Shown: positions 9,830 to 16,988 of the stretch, piece by piece | Position numbering within the stretch: position 1 is the stretch's first letter | Layout: every line of letters starts with the position of its first letter | Assembly: GCF_004102945.1 (NCBI RefSeq) | Contig: NZ_CP019384.1 | Location: 1,942,202 to 1,974,201 of the forward strand | Direction: 5' to 3' | Origin: Candidatus Velamenicoccus archaeovorus | GTDB lineage: Bacteria; Omnitrophota; Gorgyraeia; Velamenicoccales; Velamenicoccaceae | DNA length: 32,000 bases | The notes under the pieces: generated by a model | What the model was told of the DNA's origin: nothing | The model's input: the letters and a program-made list of their open reading frames with translations, nothing else | The model's database searches: none | Made by a program: the position numbers and the translations under genes

Positions 9830-10010
9830 TAACTTTGCCTATAACAGGTGATTACCCTACACCTGGCCTCATCGGGGAGGCCAGTGCGCCGCTTTCTGCG
9901 GCGCAAAATCAACTCCGTAGCTTCGGCAAAACTTTGTTTTGCCAGGCCGTAAATTTTCCCGACTAGCCGTGGAAAAATTTACAAGCGCCTAAGCAAGGAG
10001 TTACTCCTAA
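9830..10010 (-). ncRNA. candidate structured RNA / repeat element, copy A (module X 9905..10010 then module Y 9830..9904 in transcript order)
   Basis: It fills the whole 181-nt gap between the nifU stop and the cyclo-ligase ATG. Minus-sense stems are GTAAATTTTTCC/GGGAAAATTTAC, GGCAAAAC/GTTTTGCC, GCGCCGC/GCGGCGC and CTGGCCT/AGGCCAG. Both modules recur at 15258..15495. Confidence 0.4.
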
Positions 10011-10394
10011 CTATTGCCCCTGCTTCTTGCGGTAATCTTCGATGGCCGCGCGCAGGGCCTCTTCAGCCAAAACAGAACAGTGCATCTTGACCTTCGGTAA
10101 GCCCCCGAGGGCCTCGGCCACGGCCTTGTTGGAGATTTGCAAGGCCTCGTCGATCGTCTTGCCACGGACGAGGTCCGTCACCATGGAGCTGGTCGCAATC
10201 GCCGCGCCGCAACCAAAGGTCTTGAACTTCGCATCGACGATCCGGCCGTCCTGGACCTTGATGTACAGGCGCATAATGTCTCCACATATGGGATTGCCGA
10301 CATTGCCGATACCGTTGGCGTCCGGCAGCTCCCCGACATTGTGCGGGTTCAGGAAGTGCTCCATCACCTTTTCACTGTATTGAGTATTATCCAT
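10011..10394 (-). CDS. Fe-S cluster assembly scaffold, NifU/IscU N-terminal-domain type
   Basis: I chose the internal start [21 protein letters not shown]. Conserved scaffold cysteines are present ([22 protein letters not shown]). Confidence 0.9.
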   Translation of the reverse strand: MDNTQYSEKVMEHFLNPHNVGELPDANGIGNVGNPICGDIMRLYIKVQDGRIVDAKFKTFGCGAAIATSSMVTDLVRGKTIDEALQISNKAVAEALGGLPKVKMHCSVLAEEALRAAIEDYRKKQGQ

Positions 10395-10419
10395 AAGCTT
10401 ACCTGGAACGTATTTTATT

Positions 10420-10448
10420 AAGGTAACACATCCGCCGCCGGCTGTCAA
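10420..10448 (-). promoter_or_regulatory. possible sigma70-type promoter for nifU/iscU
   Basis: Minus sense: TTGACA (10448..10443), a 17-nt spacer, then TACCTT (10425..10420). The -35 is perfect and the -10 is weak (TAnnnT). Confidence 0.3.
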
Positions 10449-10500
10449 ATCCTGCCGCACACCCTCCAGTCAGGCCAAAGGGCCTATCGCGGCGGCTTTT

Positions 10501-11151
10501 TTAAACACGGATGTCCTTGGCCGGCTTGAGGGATTTCCTGTAGTCCCTTGGCGCCATGATATTTTTCATAACATCCAGTCTGCCTTTAGTTTTTAGCTGT
10601 TCGTAAATCAAAATCCAGGCGCAATCACGGTCGCGGTCGACCTCGCACTTGCCCTTTATTGAGCCTCCGCAAGGGCCGTTCCTCAAAGACTTGCTGCAAC
10701 GCGTGACCGGGCATATTCCTCCTGTCAGATCGAGGACGCATTCGCCGCAGGTGCTGCAGACTTCCCGGAAAGACCCATCGGGATTGACAAGCGCCGCAAA
10801 GAGGCTGTCGCACCCCGGAAAAACATCCAGGCCCAGCCGATCGTTATCCTTCGTGCACTGGACGCCTGAGCCGCATGCCAAAACTAAAATCGCGTCGCTC
10901 GCCTTCAAGGCGGCCCTGTTTTTGGCAAAAGCGGTCTTGATCTGAGCGGCCACACACGCCGTCTCCGGGACGACAAAACCCGCGACCTCCTTGCCATGGG
11001 CCTTCAGCACACCCGCCATCGCTTTCACCTCGGGCTCGCCGCCGGTCTTGCATGTCGCTGCGCAGTCCCCGCAACCGACGATGAAAACATTCTTTTTATC
11101 AGCCAGGACTTTCAAAATGTCGTCGGGGGTTTTCTGTTTAGTAATGATCAT
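10501..11151 (-). CDS. MetV-like protein (methylenetetrahydrofolate reductase C-terminal-domain family, Cys-rich)
   Basis: 216 aa. The cysteine pattern GCGDCAATC...ACGSGVQC...CSTCGECVL...GICPVTRCSKSLRNGPCGG matches my recollection of the MTHFR_C/MetV family. AGGAGAG precedes the ATG. Confidence 0.65.
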   Translation of the reverse strand: MIITKQKTPDDILKVLADKKNVFIVGCGDCAATCKTGGEPEVKAMAGVLKAHGKEVAGFVVPETACVAAQIKTAFAKNRAALKASDAILVLACGSGVQCTKDNDRLGLDVFPGCDSLFAALVNPDGSFREVCSTCGECVLDLTGGICPVTRCSKSLRNGPCGGSIKGKCEVDRDRDCAWILIYEQLKTKGRLDVMKNIMAPRDYRKSLKPAKDIRV

Positions 11152-11275
11152 GGTCTCTCCTAAAATGCCAAATCCCTAATTCCAAATGCCTTGATGTCAA
11201 AAGCTTTTTAAATTCCGCCATTAAGACACTGGGGCTTTATTCGTCATTCGGATTTCGGAATTAGACATTCCCTTT

Positions 11276-12706
11276 TCAAGCTATTCTCGAATCCTTGGTT
11301 TTTAGTGAACCTTGGTGCTTGCCTGCCTGCCGGACAGGCAGGGAATTTTCGCCTTCTCTTCGCAGATTCTCAAGGCGCTCTTTTATCTTCTTCTCGTAGC
11401 CGGTGTCCTGCGGATCATAAAACCTCATCTTCACAGGCATGTACTCTTGCCGGATGTAGTGCTTCGGGTAGTCGTGCGGATATTTGTAGCCTTGGCCGCG
11501 GGCAAGCTTGCCGGCCCCGGAATAATTCGCATCGCGCAGGTGCGCCGGCACGGGCTGGACCGGCTTTGAGGCGACTTCCTTCAAGGCTTTCTCGATCCCC
11601 AGATAGGCGGCGTTGGACTTGGGCGCACACGCCACATAGACGGCGGCCTGCGCCAGGGGGATCCTTGCTTCCGGCATGCCGATAAATTCAGAAACAGCGA
11701 ACGCCGCCTCGGCCAGGACAAGCGCCTGGGGATCGGCATTCCCCACGTCCTCAGCCGCGCAGATGCAGATCCTTCGGGCGATAAACCTCGGATCTTCCCC
11801 GCCATAGATCATCTTGGCCAGCCAATAGAGTGTGGCGTCGGGATCCGAACCGCGCATCGATTTGATAAACGCAGAGATGGTGTCGTAATGCTCATCCTCG
11901 CCCCGGTCGTAGAGGATCGACTTCTTCTGGACGGACTCTTCGGCATCCTTGAGCGTAAACGTCATGGCCTTGGGCCCGGCATGGCGCTTGCCTTTGATGC
12001 CGATCTCCAAAGCGTTCAGCACCCTGCGTGCGTCTCCGCCGGCGATGTCGGCCAGGAATTCCAGGGCCTTGGGCTCGGCCTTGACCCGGAAAAGCCCCAA
12101 CCCCCGACGGGAATCGCGCAAAGCGCGCTCCATGATCTTGAGAAGGTCGTCTTTTGTCAGAGATTTAAACTCAAAAATAAGCGAGCGGGAAACAAGGGGC
12201 GTCGTGAGGGCGAAAAACGGATTCTGCACGGTCGCGCCGATCAACGTCACGCTGCCGTCCTCAATATCCGGCATGAGGACGTCCTGCTGGGACTTGCTGA
12301 AACGGTGTATCTCGTCGACAAAAAGGATCGTCTTGTGGCCGCTGGTCTGGCGGCGCAATTTGGCCTGCTTGATGGCACGCCGCAATTCCTCGACGTTGGA
12401 CGCCACGGCATTAAGCTGCTCGAAATGGGCATGCGTGACCTGGGCGATGCAACGGGCCAGCGTCGTCTTCCCCGTTCCCGGCGGCCCGAAAAAGATGACG
12501 GAAGAAAGACTGTCGGCCTCGATAGCCTTCCTTAAAAGAGATCCGGGCCCCAGAATGTGTTCCTGCCCGACAAATTCCTCAAGGCTTGCGGGCCGCATGC
12601 GGCTGGGGAGAGGCTCGTGAGGCAAGGGTTCGTTTGTTGGGACGCCAGAATTGTCTTTGGAGAAAAGGTCGGAGGTCGTGCTGGGGTTCTTGTGTTTCTT
12701 GGGCAT
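11276..12706 (-). CDS. rarA: replication-associated recombination protein A (AAA+ ATPase RarA/MgsA)
   Basis: RMRPASLEEFVGQEHILGPGSLLRKAIE, Walker A GPPGTGKTTLA, FVDEIHRF and the MgsA C-terminal domain. I chose the start at MPKKHK (12706). The 58 extra track codons lie in hairpin-rich sequence. Confidence 0.88.
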   Translation of the reverse strand: MPKKHKNPSTTSDLFSKDNSGVPTNEPLPHEPLPSRMRPASLEEFVGQEHILGPGSLLRKAIEADSLSSVIFFGPPGTGKTTLARCIAQVTHAHFEQLNAVASNVEELRRAIKQAKLRRQTSGHKTILFVDEIHRFSKSQQDVLMPDIEDGSVTLIGATVQNPFFALTTPLVSRSLIFEFKSLTKDDLLKIMERALRDSRRGLGLFRVKAEPKALEFLADIAGGDARRVLNALEIGIKGKRHAGPKAMTFTLKDAEESVQKKSILYDRGEDEHYDTISAFIKSMRGSDPDATLYWLAKMIYGGEDPRFIARRICICAAEDVGNADPQALVLAEAAFAVSEFIGMPEARIPLAQAAVYVACAPKSNAAYLGIEKALKEVASKPVQPVPAHLRDANYSGAGKLARGQGYKYPHDYPKHYIRQEYMPVKMRFYDPQDTGYEKKIKERLENLRREGENSLPVRQAGKHQGSLKTKDSRIA

Positions 12707-13143
12707 GTCTATGTCAATCTTAAACGGCGAAGGAACAATCTGTGTAATCTGTCTTTCAATCTGTGGCATCACGGCCGAAGGCCCACCCGCCATAAAACGC
12801 GGCGGGCACCCCGACAAGCGCGCTGAAATCTTGAAGATTTCAGCGGTCGGCCCTTCGGGCGGTTCTTTGGTTTGAATCAACCCAAGAACCTGGTTTTTCG
12901 CAGACGCCTCGCCGTCGCCGAAGCTGCGAGTTGTGTTGTTTTAAAACAACACAACTCCTCTGCTCAAAAAAAATCCCCGCATTTGCCGTCAGCTAGGTGG
13001 TCTGAACCCAACGTTCAGGTGGGCGTCCTCAGAAGCGGCCCGCAGGCACGCCTGAATATGGACTCCCGTGTGATTGGTGTTGGTTCAACAATCATCAATC
13101 GCCGACGAGCACCGCAGGGATTTATTATCCCATATCCTTCGCA
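12707..13143 (-). promoter_or_regulatory. long structured 5' leader or independent ncRNA downstream of the 13150..13178 promoter
   Basis: There are many stems. Examples: a perfect 30-nt palindrome at 12928..12957, CTGAAATCT/AGATTTCAG at 12823..12843, CTGAAC/GTTCAG near 13005..13021, and CCCGCC/GGCGGG and GGCC-TTCG-GCC near 12775..12810. A T8 run lies at 12966..12973. No ORF of 60 aa or more is credible here. Confidence 0.4.
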
Positions 13144-13149
13144 TCTATG

Positions 13150-13178
13150 ATTATACCATAGACCCGGTCGGGCTTCAA
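13150..13178 (-). promoter_or_regulatory. sigma70-type promoter with extended -10
   Basis: Minus sense: TTGAAG (13178..13173), a 17-nt spacer, then TGgTATAAT (-10 hexamer 13155..13150). It lies 43 nt after the pheT stop. Confidence 0.6.
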
Positions 13179-13220
13179 CCCCCGCCCCTGCCCCTGTCGG
13201 AAAAATTTTCTTTGAATGCC

Positions 13221-15257
13221 TTAGCGCAGCGTCAGAGACAGCTCGCCCGTCAGTCCGTCAAGGACGGATTGATGGACAGGATTGATCTCGGCATCCGTCA
13301 GCGTCCGGTCCTCACGGCCGTATTCCAGGGAAATCGTCAATGCGGCGCTGGCGCGCGGCAATTCCTTCCCCTGATAAAGGTCCGCCAGGCAGACGCGGCG
13401 CAGATACCCTTCGGCTTTCTTGCGGATCAAGCTTTCGATCCGGTCGTAGCGGACGCCGGGGCCGGCCAGGACGCTGATGTCGCGCAAGACCGACGGCGTC
13501 TGCGCCAAAGGCTTAAACAGTTTCCTGAAATGTGCCGGGGCCGCCAGCGCTGCAATATCCACCTCTGCCAGATAAATATCTTTTTTAACCTTGATGCCCC
13601 AATGGCGACGAACGGATTCCGCAACCTTCCCGAAAACAGCCACCCTTTTTTGTCCGACGACAAAACAGCCGCCCATCTGCGGCTCAAAATAAGGACGAGG
13701 GGCATCTTCCAAAACGGCGGGTCCGGCCCCGGAAATCCTGATGACCTCCTCCACAATGCCTTTAAGATCATAGAGACTGTAGCGTTGCGATTCCTTGTCC
13801 CAGGCCGACCGCCGGTTACCGCACAGCAAAACACCGAGACTCGCCGTCTCCCGATGCCCCTCAAAGACGCTGGCGGACTCGAAAATCTCGAAATCGACGT
13901 TCCCCTTGTTCAGGTTGGAGGCCGCGCACGCCAGCAGGCTGGGGATGAGTGTCGAACGCAAGAGCGAACAATCCTGGCTCAGGGGATTTTCCAGGCACAA
14001 CGCATCCTTGGCGATCTCCAAAGACGTTTTCTTGTAATCCTCCGGACTGCCCAGGCTATAGGTGATGATTTCCTTGAGCCCCATGCGCACCAGCTGCTCC
14101 TTGACAAGGGCTTCCAGCTGCCAAACAGCGGGCCTCTCCATGACAAAAGGCCTGATCGCCGGATGCGTCAGAGGGATCCTGTCGTAGCCATAGATACGGG
14201 CTATCTCTTCGGTGATGTCTTCCTTGCTTTTGACATCCCGGCGGAATCCCGGGACGTCGATCGCCAGCTTGCCGCGGCCGGCGCGGTGCACGCCGAACCC
14301 GAGATGACCCAGGATCCGGACGGCCTCATTGTCCTTAATGTCGAGGCTTAAGATCTCCCGCGCTTCCCCGACATCATAAGAAATCTTCTGCGGGGCCCTT
14401 GTCTTGGCGCTGCCCGATTGTTTGACGGCAGCCAACGTCCCCGCGCAAAGCTCGCAGAACATCCCGGCAGCCCTCTCCATCGCCATCCGCGCCGTCGGAA
14501 CATCGACGCCGCGCTCAAAACGGTAGGAAGCATCCGTCGTGACGCCCAGGAGACGCGCGCCGCGCCGGATAAGCACAGGATCGAAAACAGCGCTTTCCAG
14601 AAGGATATCCTTGGTGGCGCCGGAAACCTCGCTCTCCTGGCCGCCCATGATGCCGGCCGCCGCCAAGGCGCGATGGCGGTCGGCGATCACCAGGACTTGC
14701 GGAGTCAACTTCTTTGTCGTGCCGTCGATCAAGGAAAGCTCCTCCTTATCCCTGGCCCGGCGCACGACAATAGAGGCGCCCTGGATCTTTGCAAAATCAA
14801 AAGCGTGCAAGGGTTGACCGTATTCCAACAAGCAATAATTCGTGATATCGACGACATTATTGACGCTACGCAGGCCCAGCGTCTCCAGCCGATTGCGCAG
14901 CCACGCCGGGGACGGCCCTACCTTGACCTGACGGACAAGGGCGCCGTAATAAAGCCGGCAATCCGCTTCATCCCTGATCTCGATGGAAAAATCGTCCGCC
15001 CCGGAGGAATTCTTGAGCGCCCTGTGCGGCGCCGGGCGCATCTTTATTTCCAGAAGCGCCGCCACCTCGCGCGCGATGCCGCGCACAGAGAGCCAGTCAG
15101 GACGGTTAGACGTCGCCTCGATGTCATAGACCCAGTCTCCGCCGGCTTCCTCAAGAGAAGCGACGGTCAGGCCCGCCATGCTCAAACGTTCCGAGAGTTT
15201 TTCCGGCGGAATCTTGATGTCGACGAATTCTTTAAGCCAGGAATATGAAACTTTCAT
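13221..15257 (-). CDS. pheT: phenylalanyl-tRNA synthetase beta subunit (short form lacking the N-terminal OB-fold tRNA-binding domain)
   Basis: 678 aa with MKVSYSWLKEFVD, B3_4 and B5 regions and a C-terminal FDX-ACB-like end. The sequence goes from LTVASLEE straight to DIEATSNRPDWLS, where long-form PheT carries about 100 aa of OB fold. Confidence 0.95.
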   Translation of the reverse strand: MKVSYSWLKEFVDIKIPPEKLSERLSMAGLTVASLEEAGGDWVYDIEATSNRPDWLSVRGIAREVAALLEIKMRPAPHRALKNSSGADDFSIEIRDEADCRLYYGALVRQVKVGPSPAWLRNRLETLGLRSVNNVVDITNYCLLEYGQPLHAFDFAKIQGASIVVRRARDKEELSLIDGTTKKLTPQVLVIADRHRALAAAGIMGGQESEVSGATKDILLESAVFDPVLIRRGARLLGVTTDASYRFERGVDVPTARMAMERAAGMFCELCAGTLAAVKQSGSAKTRAPQKISYDVGEAREILSLDIKDNEAVRILGHLGFGVHRAGRGKLAIDVPGFRRDVKSKEDITEEIARIYGYDRIPLTHPAIRPFVMERPAVWQLEALVKEQLVRMGLKEIITYSLGSPEDYKKTSLEIAKDALCLENPLSQDCSLLRSTLIPSLLACAASNLNKGNVDFEIFESASVFEGHRETASLGVLLCGNRRSAWDKESQRYSLYDLKGIVEEVIRISGAGPAVLEDAPRPYFEPQMGGCFVVGQKRVAVFGKVAESVRRHWGIKVKKDIYLAEVDIAALAAPAHFRKLFKPLAQTPSVLRDISVLAGPGVRYDRIESLIRKKAEGYLRRVCLADLYQGKELPRASAALTISLEYGREDRTLTDAEINPVHQSVLDGLTGELSLTLR

Positions 15258-15495
15258 TAATTTTGCCTATAATTAGGTTTTTTCCTTACAAAATTAACTC
15301 CGCAGCTTGCGCAGGAAATTTTCCGGCTGGCCGGGCTCCGCCCGGACGAGCCGTGGAAAAATTTACAAGCGTATAAGCAAGGAGTTAGCGCTTATTCCTT
15401 AATTTTGCCTATAATTAGGTTTTCCTTACACCTGGCCCTATCGGAAAGGCCAGTGCGCCGCTTTCTGCCTGCCTGTCAAAGACAGGCGAGCAAAA
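15258..15495 (-). repeat. repeat element copy B (transcript order: hairpin, module Y 15468..15399, module X 15398..15291, partial Y 15290..15258)
   Basis: A 39-nt block of X matches copy A except at 2 adjacent positions. The Y core CCTGGCC...GGCCAGTGCGCCGCTTTCTGC is shared. The last 33 nt before the pheT ATG is repeated at 15400..15430, differing only by T6 versus T4. Confidence 0.45.
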
Positions 15496-16545
15496 TTAAA
15501 ACTGTTCCAAAAACCTTATGTCGTTCTCAAAAAACAACCGGATGTCGTTGACGCCGTATTTCAGCATGGCCACGCGCTCGACACCCATCCCGAAAGCAAA
15601 CCCCCGCCACTTCTTTTCGTCGAGGCCTGCGGATTTAAAGACATGGGGATGGACCATGCCGCACCCGAGGATTTCCAGCCAACCGCTCTTTTTGCAGACG
15701 GAGCACCCCTGGCCTTTGCAGGCGAAGCACGAGATGTCCACCTCGGCCGAAGGCTCGGTAAAAGGAAAGAAGCTCGGCCGGAAGCGCATGCGGGTCTCGG
15801 CACCGAACATCTCTTTGGCAAAGGCGATCAAGACCCCTTTGAGGTCCGAAAAACGGATGCCTTTGTCGACGGCAATGCCCTCGACCTGATGGAACATGAA
15901 CGAGTGCGACGCATCCACGGCGTCCGGCCGGTAGACCCTGCCGGGGACGACGACCGCCATGGGCGGCGGACAGGTTTTAAGCGCGCGGATCTGGGCGGGC
16001 GACGTGTGGCTGCGCAGAAGTTTCTTTTCGCGGCCCGAGAAGCCCGACCGCGATACGTCAAAAGGCCGCAGGTAAAACGTATCGAAGGCGTCGCGCGAAG
16101 GATGGTCCAGCGGGATATTCAAGGCCTCAAAATTATGAAATTCCGTCTCGGCTTCGGGCCCCTTGAAAACCCTGAAACCCAAGCGTGAGAAGGCCCCGCA
16201 AATCTCGCCCTCCACCTGGCTCAACAGATGGAGCCTTCCCGACAGAGGGGTCTTGCCGGGAAGCGTGATATCGACAAAGTCCTTCGCCGCGCCTGCCGCG
16301 GCAGCGGCAAGGCCGGTTTCTTTTTCGGTAAAAAGCGCCTCGAGGTTCTTTTTGAGCTCGTTGACCCCGGCGCCGAAAGAGCGGCGCTCTTCGGCCGACA
16401 GCGTCGGGATGCGGCCCATCAGATCCTGCACAACGCCCTTGCGCCCCAGGTATTTAATACGCAGGGCGTCGAGCGATTCCTTCTGCGCACACACCCCTAT
16501 TTGCGCGCGCGCTTCTTCAAGAATATGCGCACCATCAAAAGACAT
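15496..16545 (-). CDS. pheS: phenylalanyl-tRNA synthetase alpha subunit
   Basis: 349 aa. Class II motifs are present (HPSRDAFDTFY, FRPSFFPFTEPSAEVD, GFAFGMGVERVAMLKYG). GGGAG precedes the ATG. Confidence 0.95.
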   Translation of the reverse strand: MSFDGAHILEEARAQIGVCAQKESLDALRIKYLGRKGVVQDLMGRIPTLSAEERRSFGAGVNELKKNLEALFTEKETGLAAAAAGAAKDFVDITLPGKTPLSGRLHLLSQVEGEICGAFSRLGFRVFKGPEAETEFHNFEALNIPLDHPSRDAFDTFYLRPFDVSRSGFSGREKKLLRSHTSPAQIRALKTCPPPMAVVVPGRVYRPDAVDASHSFMFHQVEGIAVDKGIRFSDLKGVLIAFAKEMFGAETRMRFRPSFFPFTEPSAEVDISCFACKGQGCSVCKKSGWLEILGCGMVHPHVFKSAGLDEKKWRGFAFGMGVERVAMLKYGVNDIRLFFENDIRFLEQF

Positions 16546-16988
16546 ATCAAAACTCCCAATAAAACCGCCAGAACAAGGATTTTTCTGTCATCCAGGTCTT
16601 CTATGATCTGCTGGCCTGGCTCGACGACCAAAAGATCCTGCGCGTGAATATCCAAACCCCCGCCATGCTCGGGGCAGGCCCTGTGAAAAATGCCGTGCAG
16701 CCGGATGCGATCGCCGGAACATTTATAACTGCCCGCGTGTTCAATCTTCTCCGCCAGCACCGCCGGCACCCAGACGCCGATGGCATTGTCTCCGTCGTAA
16801 ACATTGATCCATGCGTGGTCGCCGCGCCGCAGGACCTCGCCGATGACCTCGCCGCCGTAAAGCACATGGGCGCCGTCAAAAAGCTTGGCCTCTGCAATCA
16901 ATTCCTGGGAAGAAGCGGCCTGGCACAGTCTCCCCATCGCCAGGAAAATCACAACCGCAGCCAGACAAAAACCAAGACGACGCTTCAT
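16497..16988 (-). CDS. hypothetical exported/membrane-anchored protein
   Basis: The start MKRRLGFCLAAVVIFLAMGRLCQA looks like a signal peptide and overlaps the trkH stop as TGATG. The C-terminus has a hydrophobic helix followed by KKRARK. I recognise no family. The 3' end overlaps the pheS start by 49 nt. Confidence 0.55.
   Translation of the reverse strand: MKRRLGFCLAAVVIFLAMGRLCQAASSQELIAEAKLFDGAHVLYGGEVIGEVLRRGDHAWINVYDGDNAIGVWVPAVLAEKIEHAGSYKCSGDRIRLHGIFHRACPEHGGGLDIHAQDLLVVEPGQQIIEDLDDRKILVLAVLLGVLICLLMVRIFLKKRARK

Noticed and set aside
12961-12990. The T8 run considered as an intrinsic terminator ending a short sRNA.
   Set aside because: I could find no GC-rich stem immediately 5' of the U-run on the transcribed strand. 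It is kept only as a possible end point to test within the leader finding.
12990-13045. TPP-riboswitch-like fragments (CTGAGG ... ACCTGAAC ... GGGTTCAGACC) in the rarA leader.
   Set aside because: Only loose resemblance to the thi-box. The CTGAGA and ACCTGATCTGGATAATGCCAGCG cores are not matched, and the downstream gene has no thiamine link.
15258-15495. T-box leader or pheST-type attenuator in the pheS-pheT spacer.
   Set aside because: I saw no T-box core (GGTGGTACCGCG-like), no specifier-loop architecture and no terminator hairpin followed by a U-run. The element also lies between the two subunit genes rather than upstream of pheS.
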